The position numbers and the translations under genes are program-made. Below the pieces are notes generated by a model. It searched no databases, was not told the DNA's origin, and worked only from the letters and a program-made list of their open reading frames with translations. DNA of 31,839 nt from an uncultured Clostridia bacterium (lineage in GTDB: Bacteria; Bacillota; Clostridia; Christensenellales; Aristaeellaceae): assembly GCA_937907055.1 (NCBI GenBank), contig CALCTW010000008.1, positions 1 to 31,839 of the forward strand. Reading direction: 5' to 3'. Positions 7,645-16,516 of the stretch are shown piece after piece (position 1 is the first letter of the stretch; each line of letters begins with the position of its first letter).

Positions 7645-9465
7645 TCAGGCATGCTCGGTATACATGCTGTACAGTTCGTGATAGATGCCCTTCTTCGCCA
7701 TCAGTTCCTCATGCGTGCCGGTCTCCTCCACGCCCTTATCCGTCAGCACCCAGATCTCATCGGCGTTGCGGATGGTGGTGAGACGGTGCGCGATGGTGAA
7801 GGTGGTGCGGCCCTTCGCCAGCAGCTCAAGCGACTGCTGCACAAGCAGCTCGCTCTCGTTATCGAGCGCGCTGGTGGCTTCGTCCAGAATCAGGATGGGC
7901 GGATTCTTCAGGAATACACGGGCGATGGAAAGACGCTGCTTCTGTCCGCCGGAGAGCTTGACGCCGCGCTCGCCGATGTAGGTCTCATAGCCGTCGGGAA
8001 GACCCAGGATGAATTCATGCGCGCCGGCGCGCTTAGCCGCCAGCTCCACTTCCTCGCGGGTGGCATCGGGCTTGCCGTAGATGATATTATCCATGACCGT
8101 GCCGCTGAAGAGATAAACATCCTGCTGCACCATGCCGATGGAATTGCGCAGCGAATGCTGAGTGACCTTGCGGATATCCGTGCCGTCGATGAGGATGGCG
8201 CCGCGCGTGACATCAAAGAAGCGTGGGATCAGATTGCAGAGCGTGGTCTTGCCCGAACCGCTGGGGCCGACGATGGCGATATTCCGTCCGGCTGCCACCT
8301 TCTGATCCACATCGCCCAGAACCTCGCGGTCCGCGGCGTCATTGTAGTGGAAGCCCACATGATCAAACACCACTTCGCCCTTCACATCTGTCATTTCCAC
8401 AGCGTCGGGCGCGTCGCTGATCTCCTGCGGGGCATCCATGACCTCGCAGAAGCGCTCGATACCCGTCATGCCGCGCTGGAACTGCTCGGTAAACTCCACG
8501 ATGCGGCGGATGGAATTGATGAGCGTGCCGATATACAGCAGATAGGCCACATAGGTGCCCACATCGATCCAGCCCTTGGCGAGGAAAACGGCGCCGGCCA
8601 CTACGACCACGATATTCATCAGCGCGTCAAACACGCGGGTGACCGTGTTGAAGCCCGCCATGTAGTGATACTGCTTCTTTTTGAGGCTGAGGAACAGGAA
8701 ATTGCCCTTGCGGAACTTTTCCTTTTCGATCTCCTCATTGGCGAAGGACTTGACCACCCGGATGCCGAGCAGACTGTCCTCCACCTGTGAATTGATCTCA
8801 CCCACCTGATGACGGCATTCCTGCATGGAGCCGCGCAGGCGCCTGCCGAAGTAACGGGTGCCCAGCCCCATAAAGGGCAGGAACACAAACACCAGCAGCG
8901 TGAGCCATACATTCATGGAGGAAAGAATGATGAAGGCAGCCACGATCTTGATGCCCGCGATGAGGAATTCCTCCGGGCAGTGATGCGCGAACTCGGTCAC
9001 CTCGAAAAGGTCGCTGGTGATGCGGGCCATGAGCTGACCGATCTTGGTGTTATTATAATAGGAAAAAGACAATTGCTGCAGATGGCCGAACAGATCGTTT
9101 CGCATATCGGTCTCGATGCGGCTGCCCATGATATGGCCCCAGGACTGCATGTAGTAGTTGGCGGACGCGTCGATCACACGCAGCACGATATACAGCAAGG
9201 CCAGACGGACGAGCCACGGCAGCCAGTCCATGCCGAGCCCGGCAGTATACGCCACGATGCCGCCCTCCGAGGTGGCCGCGTTGGTGACCGCCTTGATGAT
9301 GAGCGGCGAAACGACCTCACAAAGGCAGGTAAAGGACGCGCAGAACAGATCAAACACGAGCGCGCCGCGGTAACGGCGAAAATACGGCAGGAAACGGCGG
9401 AACAATTCCCTCAGTTTCATTTTATGCGCCGTACCCTTGACAGCCTGTCCCTTTGATTGTGCCAT
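7645..9465 (-). CDS. ABC transporter, fused permease/ATP-binding protein (type I exporter, MsbA/multidrug-like)
   Basis: 606-aa ORF with an N-terminal 6-TM domain, then Walker A GPSGSGKTT, the signature LSGGQKQRLSIAR, and Walker B ILILDEATSALD. AAGGAGG RBS, TGA stop. Confidence 0.93.
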   Translation of the reverse strand: MAQSKGQAVKGTAHKMKLRELFRRFLPYFRRYRGALVFDLFCASFTCLCEVVSPLIIKAVTNAATSEGGIVAYTAGLGMDWLPWLVRLALLYIVLRVIDASANYYMQSWGHIMGSRIETDMRNDLFGHLQQLSFSYYNNTKIGQLMARITSDLFEVTEFAHHCPEEFLIAGIKIVAAFIILSSMNVWLTLLVFVFLPFMGLGTRYFGRRLRGSMQECRHQVGEINSQVEDSLLGIRVVKSFANEEIEKEKFRKGNFLFLSLKKKQYHYMAGFNTVTRVFDALMNIVVVVAGAVFLAKGWIDVGTYVAYLLYIGTLINSIRRIVEFTEQFQRGMTGIERFCEVMDAPQEISDAPDAVEMTDVKGEVVFDHVGFHYNDAADREVLGDVDQKVAAGRNIAIVGPSGSGKTTLCNLIPRFFDVTRGAILIDGTDIRKVTQHSLRNSIGMVQQDVYLFSGTVMDNIIYGKPDATREEVELAAKRAGAHEFILGLPDGYETYIGERGVKLSGGQKQRLSIARVFLKNPPILILDEATSALDNESELLVQQSLELLAKGRTTFTIAHRLTTIRNADEIWVLTDKGVEETGTHEELMAKKGIYHELYSMYTEHA

Positions 9466-9514
9466 CAGATCTCCTCCTTGTTATTTAACTGAAAATTTCC
9501 CGTTCGCGGGATCG

Positions 9515-10132
9515 TTATAAAACACCGGTCAGATCAAACGGCGGCGTATAGCTTTTTTCCGCCGCTTCTTTTTCCTGCGTGAAGCCCGTGAGCCCCAGGG
9601 CCTCGAACCGCTCCAGCACGCGCTCATACTCCCGGTCATTCACGCGCCGGTCCAGCGGAGACGGCAGCGAAACACCCTCCGGCGGCGTATACTGCCGCAT
9701 CAGGGAGACCGGGATCCGCGGGCAGTTGGCGGCGATCCACTCCAGCACACGGAGCGAATCCATGGTGCAGCCGGGCAGCACCAGATGACGGATGAGGGTG
9801 CCCTTCTTCATGAGACCGTCGTCATCATAGACCGGCGCGCCGGTCTGACGGATCATCTCAAGAATAGCTCCCGAGGCATTCTCGAAATAATCGGGCGCGC
9901 CGCAGCAGAGCTGCGCGATCCTGGGCGAAAAATGCTTGAGATCCGGCAGATAGATATCAATGATACCATCCAGCGCCTTTAAGGTCTCCTCCCGCTCATA
10001 GCCGGAGGTGTTCCACAGAAGCGGAACAGCCGGGCGGTAGATCTTCAAAGCCTTCAGGACCTGCGGCACGAAATGCGTGCCGGTGACAAAATTGATGTTA
10101 TGCACCCCGGCCGCCTCCAGACGGCGCAGGAT
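9515..10132 (-). CDS. Radical SAM protein, PflX/pyruvate formate-lyase-activase-like, part downstream of the in-frame TAG
   Basis: The track ORF 9515..10105 (..HNINFVTGTHFVPQVLKAL...WNTSGYE...DIYLPDLKHFS...LIRHLVLPG...) plus in-frame codons ILRRLEAAG directly after the TAG. TAA stop. Confidence 0.85.
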   Translation of the reverse strand: MLRRLEAAGVHNINFVTGTHFVPQVLKALKIYRPAVPLLWNTSGYEREETLKALDGIIDIYLPDLKHFSPRIAQLCCGAPDYFENASGAILEMIRQTGAPVYDDDGLMKKGTLIRHLVLPGCTMDSLRVLEWIAANCPRIPVSLMRQYTPPEGVSLPSPLDRRVNDREYERVLERFEALGLTGFTQEKEAAEKSYTPPFDLTGVL

Positions 10133-10384
10133 CTATGCCAGGGCTTCCGGCGAGACCTGCTTGCCGGCGCGTCCCCGGCTGATCTCCTGATTCTGGCAGA
10201 AGATGCACTTGAGCGTACAGCCGGCGAAAAAAACAGCGCCGCTGCCGCGGGTGCCGCTGATACACGGCTCCTCCCACAGATGCGGCGCCGCCCGGGCCAC
10301 CAGCATCTCATCCGTACAGGCACAAAAACCTTCGGCGGTTTTCCTGTCCGCCCCGCACCGGCGGGGACAAAGATCGCATTTCAT
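10133..10384 (-). CDS. Radical SAM protein, N-terminal part with the CxxxCxxC cluster, ending at the in-frame TAG 10133-10135
   Basis: I start at ATG 10384 (MKCDLCPRRCGADR...), which has GGAGG 9 nt upstream. It contains the radical-SAM motif GCTLKCIFCQN. It is in the same frame as 9515..10132, and together they give 289 codons, the normal length for this family. Confidence 0.85.
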   Translation of the reverse strand: MKCDLCPRRCGADRKTAEGFCACTDEMLVARAAPHLWEEPCISGTRGSGAVFFAGCTLKCIFCQNQEISRGRAGKQVSPEALA

Positions 10385-10430
10385 TGTTGGCAGCCTCCGG
10401 GGCGATCCCCTGTCATGCTTGCAAAAAAAC

Positions 10431-11327
10431 TTACTGCGCGGTGAATACGAATTCCGCGCACGCGGGCGCGATATTGGCTTCCTCATCGGCAACGATCGTC
10501 ACCACGGAAGCGCTCTTGAGCCGGTAGCCCGGCAGGAGAGACAGATCCGCCCTGACAGCGGCGAAGCTGCCGGTGCGGACGATCACGGAAGAGGCATACA
10601 GAACTTCCTTTTCGCCGTGATCAAAGGTGACGTAGCGTACGGGCACCTCGATCTCCTCCGGGATGTGTGGCGAATGATACAGGAAGGTGACGACCGCGGG
10701 ATAGGCCTTCCCCTGTGTGTACAGCACCTGCACACGATCCTCTCCGGTGCGCGTGAAGCCTTCCGGAACAAGACTGTCATCCGGCGTGATGATCTGCGTG
10801 CGGGTGATCTGCATTTCCGTTTCCCAAAAGGCGACCCCGAACTGATCCTGATAACGGACGCGCACGGCAGCCGGGGCAAAAACGGTCTGCGCGGCCTGGG
10901 GCGCGGGCGTAGGCGTTGCTTCTTCCTTACGCGCGGGATCGCCTTCATACAGCAGCCACTGCGTGGCGCTTCCGGCGATGCCGTCGGCGATCAGCCCGTT
11001 GGCCTTCTGAAAATCGATCACGGCATTGCGTGTCATCGTTCCGAAGGAGCCGTCCGCCCTGCCGGTCAGATATCCCAGATCGATCAGCGCCTGCTGAAGC
11101 GCCTTGACCTTATCCCCGCGGCTGCCCTCGGAAAGCGAAGCGTAATAGGTGGGCACTTTGGTGGGGGCGGGCGTCGGCGCGGGGGTGGCAGTGGGGACCG
11201 GGGTCACAACAGCGGTGGCCTGCGCGACGGGCGTCGGCTGACTGACCGGCATGCTGATGACCTCCGTCGCTGCACCCTGCGCGGACAGCAGCGCCATATA
11301 GACGATCAGAACCCTGATAAGATCCAT
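10431..11327 (-). CDS. Secreted peptidoglycan-binding (PG_binding_1) domain protein with a Pro/Thr-rich linker and an uncharacterised C-terminal domain
   Basis: 298-aa ORF with a signal peptide (MDLIRVLIVYMALLSAQGAA), a PT-rich linker, and a PG_binding_1 pattern (GDKVKALQQALIDLGYL..ADGSFG..T..AV..FQKANGL.ADGIAG..T). AGGAG RBS, TAA stop. Confidence 0.8.
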   Translation of the reverse strand: MDLIRVLIVYMALLSAQGAATEVISMPVSQPTPVAQATAVVTPVPTATPAPTPAPTKVPTYYASLSEGSRGDKVKALQQALIDLGYLTGRADGSFGTMTRNAVIDFQKANGLIADGIAGSATQWLLYEGDPARKEEATPTPAPQAAQTVFAPAAVRVRYQDQFGVAFWETEMQITRTQIITPDDSLVPEGFTRTGEDRVQVLYTQGKAYPAVVTFLYHSPHIPEEIEVPVRYVTFDHGEKEVLYASSVIVRTGSFAAVRADLSLLPGYRLKSASVVTIVADEEANIAPACAEFVFTAQ

Positions 11328-11342
11328 GCTTGATACTCCTGA

Positions 11343-12350
11343 TCAAAGATCGATAAACTTCTCAAACTCGGGCAGGATGCCGATGCCATCCGGATAATGC
11401 GCGGCAAACTGCGGGATGGCGTGGCTGGGGAAGGAATTGCCCTCAATGAAAACAGGACCCTTCTCCGTGATCGCCACATCCCAGGCGATGAAACGCATCT
11501 GCGGCACCTTCTGCATGGCCTTGAGGCACATGGCCTTCGCCTCTTCCCAGTAGGGGATGGTAAAGCCGATGATGGGTGTGCCGGTCATGGGATGATGATC
11601 GTACACATGGCCCGCCTTATCCGCGGCCACGGTGAGCAGACTGCCGGTCTCAAGATCGACACGCGCGGCCATGCCGCCGCAATCGACATTATCCATCACA
11701 TTGCCGTTTCCGATCCGCAGGAAGGCGTAGACGATCCCCTGCTGCTTATCCCCGAGCAGGGTGGCGATGCGGATGGTATTGACGGAGGTGGGGCACATGC
11801 CGGCCATGACCGGATGCTGCACGACCAGTTCCTCCAGAATGCCATCGCCCATTTGGGCCAGCTTTTCGCGGAAGGACTTGAGATCCGCCCAGTCCGCCTT
11901 CGTGAACTTCTGAATGCCCTGACCGGAGGAGCCCTCCAGCGGTTTGTAGAGCATGGACTCCTTGCCGTTTAAGAAGTTTTCCAATTGTTCCATGGTCATG
12001 GCGGCATCGGCGCGCACCCAGTCGCGGTTCACCTGCTCGGCAAACAGGGTATCGAACTGCGTCTTGTCATCGAAGAAATGCCAGTAGGCCTTGTCATTCA
12101 TGCGGCGCACGATGTCATTGGACTTGCCGCGAGTGATGACGGTCCTCCGCTGTTTGCCGTTCAGGCGGTACATTTCGGCGATCTTATAGTCGATATAGCC
12201 GGCATTGTAGCGCAGCGCGCAGCAGGCGATATCCAGCCTGAGACGCAGCTTGCTGTAGCCGGTCTTCTCGTGCAGATAATCCAGCGTTTCCTTCATGCGG
12301 GAGGTATCGATCTTACGGATGCGCCTGAGCACATATCCGATCCTGGACAT
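11343..12350 (-). CDS. Sugar-transfer-associated ATP-grasp family protein
   Basis: 335-aa ORF. The N-terminal region (..RLRLDIACCALRYNAGYIDYKIAEMY....RRTVITRGKSNDIVRRMNDK.....FDDKTQF...F) and the ...YKPLEGSSGQGI... core resemble the ATPgrasp_ST family. TGA stop. Confidence 0.75.
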   Translation of the reverse strand: MSRIGYVLRRIRKIDTSRMKETLDYLHEKTGYSKLRLRLDIACCALRYNAGYIDYKIAEMYRLNGKQRRTVITRGKSNDIVRRMNDKAYWHFFDDKTQFDTLFAEQVNRDWVRADAAMTMEQLENFLNGKESMLYKPLEGSSGQGIQKFTKADWADLKSFREKLAQMGDGILEELVVQHPVMAGMCPTSVNTIRIATLLGDKQQGIVYAFLRIGNGNVMDNVDCGGMAARVDLETGSLLTVAADKAGHVYDHHPMTGTPIIGFTIPYWEEAKAMCLKAMQKVPQMRFIAWDVAITEKGPVFIEGNSFPSHAIPQFAAHYPDGIGILPEFEKFIDL

Positions 12351-12496
12351 AATGCATAACCTCTTTTCGGTCAGTTATCTTTTGATCACAAAACAAATGA
12401 AATGACAGTGAAGGCACGATCGGTATCCCGTCCACACATATAATACGAACGCCGGGAGTACCTATTATAATCCTTCATCTTTGAGCCCCCGTCTCC

Positions 12497-12523
12497 AAAA
12501 GCGCGAGCCGAAGGCTGAGGCGC
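12497..12523 (-). terminator. Hairpin plus U-run about 150 nt downstream of ychF (candidate ychF terminator or 3' end of a structured RNA)
   Basis: The minus strand reads GCGCCUCAGCCUUCGGCUCGCGC followed by UUUU. The stem is interrupted by a small internal loop. Confidence 0.45.
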
Positions 12524-12670
12524 GAAGAAGAACGGGATGGATTTCGTGCTTCCGGCAAAGCCGTACGGAGGGAGGCGTAGCAGCGTATCCGTTGACCGGA
12601 GTGAGGCACAGCCGGAACGCGTAAATCCGCCCGTTATGCCCGCACCGAAGCCTGAGGCGAGCGCAAAAAA

Positions 12671-13768
12671 TTACACATTGAAGCGGAACAGCGTCACATC
12701 GCCGTCCTGCATCACATATTCCTTGCCTTCGGAACGGATGAGACCCTTTTCACGGCAGGCCGCCATGGAGCCCAGTTCCTTCAAAGTGGCGAAGGGCACG
12801 ATCTCAGCGCGGATAAAGCCGCGTTCAAAGTCGGTATGGATCTTGCCGGCAGCCTGAGGCGCCTTGGTGCCGCGAGTAATGGTCCAGGCGCGGCACTCAT
12901 CCTCGCCGCAGGTGAGGAAGGAGATGAGACCCAGCAGTTCATAGCAGGCGGAGACCAGACGATCCAGTCCGCTCTTGCCGATGCCCATATCCTGCAGGAA
13001 CTCCTGCTTTTCTTCTTCATCCATCTGCGCGATCTCTTCTTCGATCTGCGCGCTGATGACCAGCACCTGCGCCTGCTCCGCCTTCGCCGCTTCACGAACG
13101 GAGACCACGAAGGGATTCTCGTCATCGCTCATGGCGATGTCATCCTCGGCGATATTGGCGGCATAGATGACGGGCTTGGTGGTCAGAAGGAAGTATTCCT
13201 TGATGATCTCCTTTTCGTCATCGGTGCAATCAAAGGTGCGGGCGGGCTTGCCGCTCTCCAGATGATCGTACAGGCGATGCGCCAGCGCGGCTTCCTCGGC
13301 GTATTTCTTTTCGCCGGTCTTGACCAGCTTGGCAGCCTTGTCCTCGCGCTTCTTCACCGTTTCCATATCGGCGAAGATCAGTTCCAGATTGATGGTCTCC
13401 ATATCACGGACGGGATCAACGGAACCATCCACATGGATGATGTTCTCATCCTCGAAGCAGCGCACGACATGCACGATGGCATCGCATTCGCGGATATGGG
13501 AAAGGAACTTGTTGCCCAGACCCTCGCCGCGGCTGGCACCCTTGACCAGACCGGCGATATCCACAAATTCGATCATCGCGGGCGTGACCTTCTTGGGATG
13601 ATACATCTGATCCAGATCATGCAGACGATCATCCGGCACCGCGACCACGCCCGTATTGGGCTCAATGGTGCAGAAGGGATAGTTTGCCGCCTGCGCGCCG
13701 GCATTGGTAATGGCATTGAAAAGCGTGCTCTTGCCTACATTGGGCAGACCTACGACACCCAGTTTCAT
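12671..13768 (-). CDS. ychF: Ribosome-binding ATPase YchF (Obg-like GTPase family)
   Basis: 365-aa ORF beginning [20 protein letters not shown]......[17 protein letters not shown], continuing ...[31 protein letters not shown], and ending with the C-terminal TGS-like ...AW.I..G..AP.AAG.IHTDFE.GFIRAE motif. Confidence 0.96.
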   Translation of the reverse strand: MKLGVVGLPNVGKSTLFNAITNAGAQAANYPFCTIEPNTGVVAVPDDRLHDLDQMYHPKKVTPAMIEFVDIAGLVKGASRGEGLGNKFLSHIRECDAIVHVVRCFEDENIIHVDGSVDPVRDMETINLELIFADMETVKKREDKAAKLVKTGEKKYAEEAALAHRLYDHLESGKPARTFDCTDDEKEIIKEYFLLTTKPVIYAANIAEDDIAMSDDENPFVVSVREAAKAEQAQVLVISAQIEEEIAQMDEEEKQEFLQDMGIGKSGLDRLVSACYELLGLISFLTCGEDECRAWTITRGTKAPQAAGKIHTDFERGFIRAEIVPFATLKELGSMAACREKGLIRSEGKEYVMQDGDVTLFRFNV

Positions 13769-13838
13769 AATGTATGACCTCTCTTTGATCGATAATAAAG
13801 CTTCTTCGGGGCAAATTTGGTCAATTTACCACATATAT

Positions 13839-13867
13839 ATTATACTGTATCTGCCCCCGATTTGCAA
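13839..13867 (-). promoter_or_regulatory. Sigma-70-like promoter TTGCAA-17-TATAAT for ychF
   Basis: On the reverse strand, ttgcaa (13862-13867), a 17-nt spacer, and tataat (13839-13844), about 70 nt upstream of ATG 13768. Confidence 0.55.
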
Positions 13868-13949
13868 GAAACGCGGCGGAGATTTACAGGACTTCCGTGC
13901 CCGGAAAGCACGGTTTCGTACGCGCTGCTTGCGCAGGGCGAAGCCAATC

Positions 13950-13958
13950 TGCTACAAT
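13950..13958 (+). promoter_or_regulatory. Extended -10 (TGcTACAAT) upstream of the kinase gene
   Basis: aatcTGCTACAATagg lies about 35 nt upstream of ATG 13992. Confidence 0.4.
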
Positions 13959-13991
13959 AGGAAAAACGAAGGGAAAACCGGGAGGAAGGCC

Positions 13992-14723
13992 ATGAGCGAT
14001 GCCATTATCTATGAAGCGGAAGTGACCGGTATGCCGGTCCGCGCGGTCTATTCGAAAAAAAGCGTCGAAAAGGTGTTTCTGCCGCTGATCGAAGATCTGC
14101 GCGTGCTGAGAAGGAAAAAAGGAAGACGGATCCTGGTCTTTCTGGCCGCGCCTCCGGCTGCCGGAAAAAGCACGTTATCCGGGTTTCTGGCCACCCTCTG
14201 CCCTGAAATGACGGTGCTGGCCATGGACGGATATCATCATTATCAGTCATGGCTGCTGGAACATACCACGATAAGAAACGGAAAAACGGTGCCGATGGTC
14301 TCGGTGAAGGGCGCGCCGGAGACTTTCGACCTTGAAAAACTGCGAAAAGACCTTGCGCGCGCCGCGGCGGGCGAGATCATCGGATGGCCCATCTATGACC
14401 GCGCGGGGCACGACCCTGTGGAGAACGCGGTCACGGCCGAAGGCGAGATCCTGCTGCTGGAGGGCAACTATCTGCTGCTGGACGAGGCGGGCTGGCGCGA
14501 TCTGAAGCAGTACGCGGATTATACGATCATGATCCGCGCGGAAGAGAGCATGCTGCGTCCGCGGCTGATCGAGCGGAAGCTGAACCTGGGCAGAACACAG
14601 GCGGAGGCGGAAAAATTCGCCGATGAGAGCGATCTGCCAAACGCGCGGCTGATCCTGCGCAGCAGCAGCCCGGCCGACCTGACCCTCCGGCTGACGGAGA
14701 CAGGAGAATACCGGCCTGAATAA
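13992..14723 (+). CDS. P-loop nucleoside/nucleotide kinase family protein (uridine kinase/PRK-like)
   Basis: The track ORF 13704..14723 is over-extended. I start at ATG 13992 (MSDAIIYEAEV...), which is preceded by GGAGGA. Walker A motif LAAPPAAGKST, then ...MDGYH.... TAA stop followed by a hairpin terminator. Confidence 0.75.
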   Translation: MSDAIIYEAEVTGMPVRAVYSKKSVEKVFLPLIEDLRVLRRKKGRRILVFLAAPPAAGKSTLSGFLATLCPEMTVLAMDGYHHYQSWLLEHTTIRNGKTVPMVSVKGAPETFDLEKLRKDLARAAAGEIIGWPIYDRAGHDPVENAVTAEGEILLLEGNYLLLDEAGWRDLKQYADYTIMIRAEESMLRPRLIERKLNLGRTQAEAEKFADESDLPNARLILRSSSPADLTLRLTETGEYRPE

Positions 14724-14740
14724 CGATATCTTCATATAAT

Positions 14741-14780
14741 AAACAGCTGTACCGGCATATGATGCGATACAGCTGTTTTT
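14741..14780 (+). terminator. Rho-independent terminator (copy 1 of a repeated hairpin)
   Basis: aaacagctgta, a 16-nt loop, tacagctgttt, then tt. It begins 18 nt after the kinase stop. Confidence 0.75.
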
Positions 14781-14968
14781 ATGGGATGAGAAGGGACTTG
14801 CGCGGGGAATGACCGGACGGATGAACAAAGGCGCGTGCAGGAATCGACAAAGATAAGGCGAATAGGAATCATTGGATAATTGGATCGAATATGGACCGGT
14901 CTTTCAGAATATGATGGACCGCGATCAGATCATCATAAAGCACGATACGCAAGGAGGCGTTTTTCCCG

Positions 14969-16462
14969 ATGAGCAAACGCAAGATGAACACTGTTGCCAT
15001 GGCGGCCTGTCTGTTGTGCGACGAGGCGAAGTGCGGAGCTGCCTGCCCGCATTTTGATCCGTCCAGGGCGCTGCGCAGTCTCTGGTTTGACAACGAGAAA
15101 GGCGCGCGCGCGGCCATTCCGGACTCAATTCCCTGCGCTGAATGCAACGCTCCATGCGCGGAAGCCTGTCCGCAGCGCGGAAAGATCGACATCCGGGAAC
15201 TGATGCTTCAGATGAGCAAAGAGATCCCGGTCCAAAGGGGGCTCGATCCCGCGAGGCTTCAGACGGATTTCCTTGGCTTTAAATTGCAGAATCCTTTTCT
15301 GCTTTCTTCTTCCGTGGTCGGATCCAGCTATGATATGTGCCGCCGCGCCTTTCAGGCCGGATGGGCCGGTGTTGCCTATAAGACGATCTGCATGTTCAGC
15401 ATCCACGAGACATCGCCGCGCTATGCCGCGATCAAGGATCCGAGCGGCACGGTCATCGGATTTAAAAATGTGGAACAGTTATCGGATCTGCCGCTTGAAG
15501 AGAATCTTTCCACATTCCGTCGGCTGAAGGCGGAATTTCCTGAGAAATATCTGCTTGTTTCCATCATGGGACGGGATGAGGAAGAATGGGAAGCGCTGGC
15601 GCGGATGGCGGATGAAAACGGCGCGGACGCGATAGAACTGAACTTTTCCTGTCCGAATATGAAGGACGACGGCCTGGGGAGCGATGTCGGTCAGGACAAT
15701 CTGCTCATCAGCCGGTTTACAGCGGCTGCCCGGCGGGGCACGAAAAAGCCGATCATTGCCAAACTGACCCCCAATGTGCAGGAAATGTCCTCTGCAGCGC
15801 TGGCCGCGAAGAGGGGCGGCGCGGACGGACTCGCGGCCATCAATACATTGAAAAGCTACATCACACTTGACGGTGAGACCTACGCGAAGGACGCGGAGAA
15901 TGCCGCGTACCACCTGACAGCGGTAGGCGGATATTCCGGCGCGTCCGTGAAGCCGATCGCCCTGCGCTTTATCGCGGAGCTGAAAACGAACCCCATGCTT
16001 CACGATATGCCGCTTTCGGGGATGGGCGGTGTGGAAACCTGGCGTGACGCCGCGCAGTTCATGATCATGGGCGCTTCCTCTGTTCAGGTAACAACCGCTG
16101 TCATGCTTTATGGGTACCGGATCATTGACGACCTGTGCGACGGGCTTTTGCGCCTTCTGGATGAATATGAACTGGCATCGGTTGATGAACTCATCGGTAT
16201 CGGTCTCCGGAACGTCGTTCCCCTGCATGATGTGGAACGGGACGCGGTGATCTATCCGCGTTTCGACCTTTCCCGCTGCGCGGGCTGCAGACGATGCTAT
16301 CGCTCCTGCATGGACGGCGGACATCAGGCGATCTCCTTTATGAACGGGCATCCGCGCCTTGATGCCGCGCGATGCGTGGGCTGCCATCTTTGTGTGATTG
16401 TATGTCCGAAGGATGCCATTTCTTCTTCCGGGATCTCTGTGCAGCGTGTTCGGAAATCCTGA
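14969..16462 (+). CDS. Dihydroorotate/dihydropyrimidine dehydrogenase-family flavoenzyme (PreA-like) with a C-terminal 2x[4Fe-4S] ferredoxin domain and an N-terminal Cys-rich extension
   Basis: 497-aa ORF. The TIM-barrel DHOD/DPD core includes ...NPFLLSSS....S........AGWAGV.YKT., ...ELNFSCPNM... and ...GGYSG...KPIAL.... The C-terminus carries CAGCRRCYRSC...CVGCHLCVIVCP and the N-terminus carries CLLCDEAKCGAACP...CAECNAPCAEACP. AAGGAGG RBS, TGA stop. Confidence 0.85.
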   Translation: MSKRKMNTVAMAACLLCDEAKCGAACPHFDPSRALRSLWFDNEKGARAAIPDSIPCAECNAPCAEACPQRGKIDIRELMLQMSKEIPVQRGLDPARLQTDFLGFKLQNPFLLSSSVVGSSYDMCRRAFQAGWAGVAYKTICMFSIHETSPRYAAIKDPSGTVIGFKNVEQLSDLPLEENLSTFRRLKAEFPEKYLLVSIMGRDEEEWEALARMADENGADAIELNFSCPNMKDDGLGSDVGQDNLLISRFTAAARRGTKKPIIAKLTPNVQEMSSAALAAKRGGADGLAAINTLKSYITLDGETYAKDAENAAYHLTAVGGYSGASVKPIALRFIAELKTNPMLHDMPLSGMGGVETWRDAAQFMIMGASSVQVTTAVMLYGYRIIDDLCDGLLRLLDEYELASVDELIGIGLRNVVPLHDVERDAVIYPRFDLSRCAGCRRCYRSCMDGGHQAISFMNGHPRLDAARCVGCHLCVIVCPKDAISSSGISVQRVRKS

Positions 16463-16516
16463 TGCCGCCGCTGACCGCAACGGTAAACAGGACCCCAACG
16501 AAAATGAAGTAAATAG

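Noticed and set aside
12537-12857. A 106-aa + strand ORF starting in the ychF-ATP-grasp gap.
   Set aside because: It has no RBS, most of it is antisense to the ychF 3' end, and its translation is Pro/Ser/Ala-rich and low-complexity.
13704-13991. Long N-terminal extensions of track ORFs 13704..14723 and 19459..20400.
   Set aside because: The extensions run through promoter and divergent-gene sequence. Internal ATGs at 13992 and 19723 have good RBSs and give proteins that start where their families normally start.
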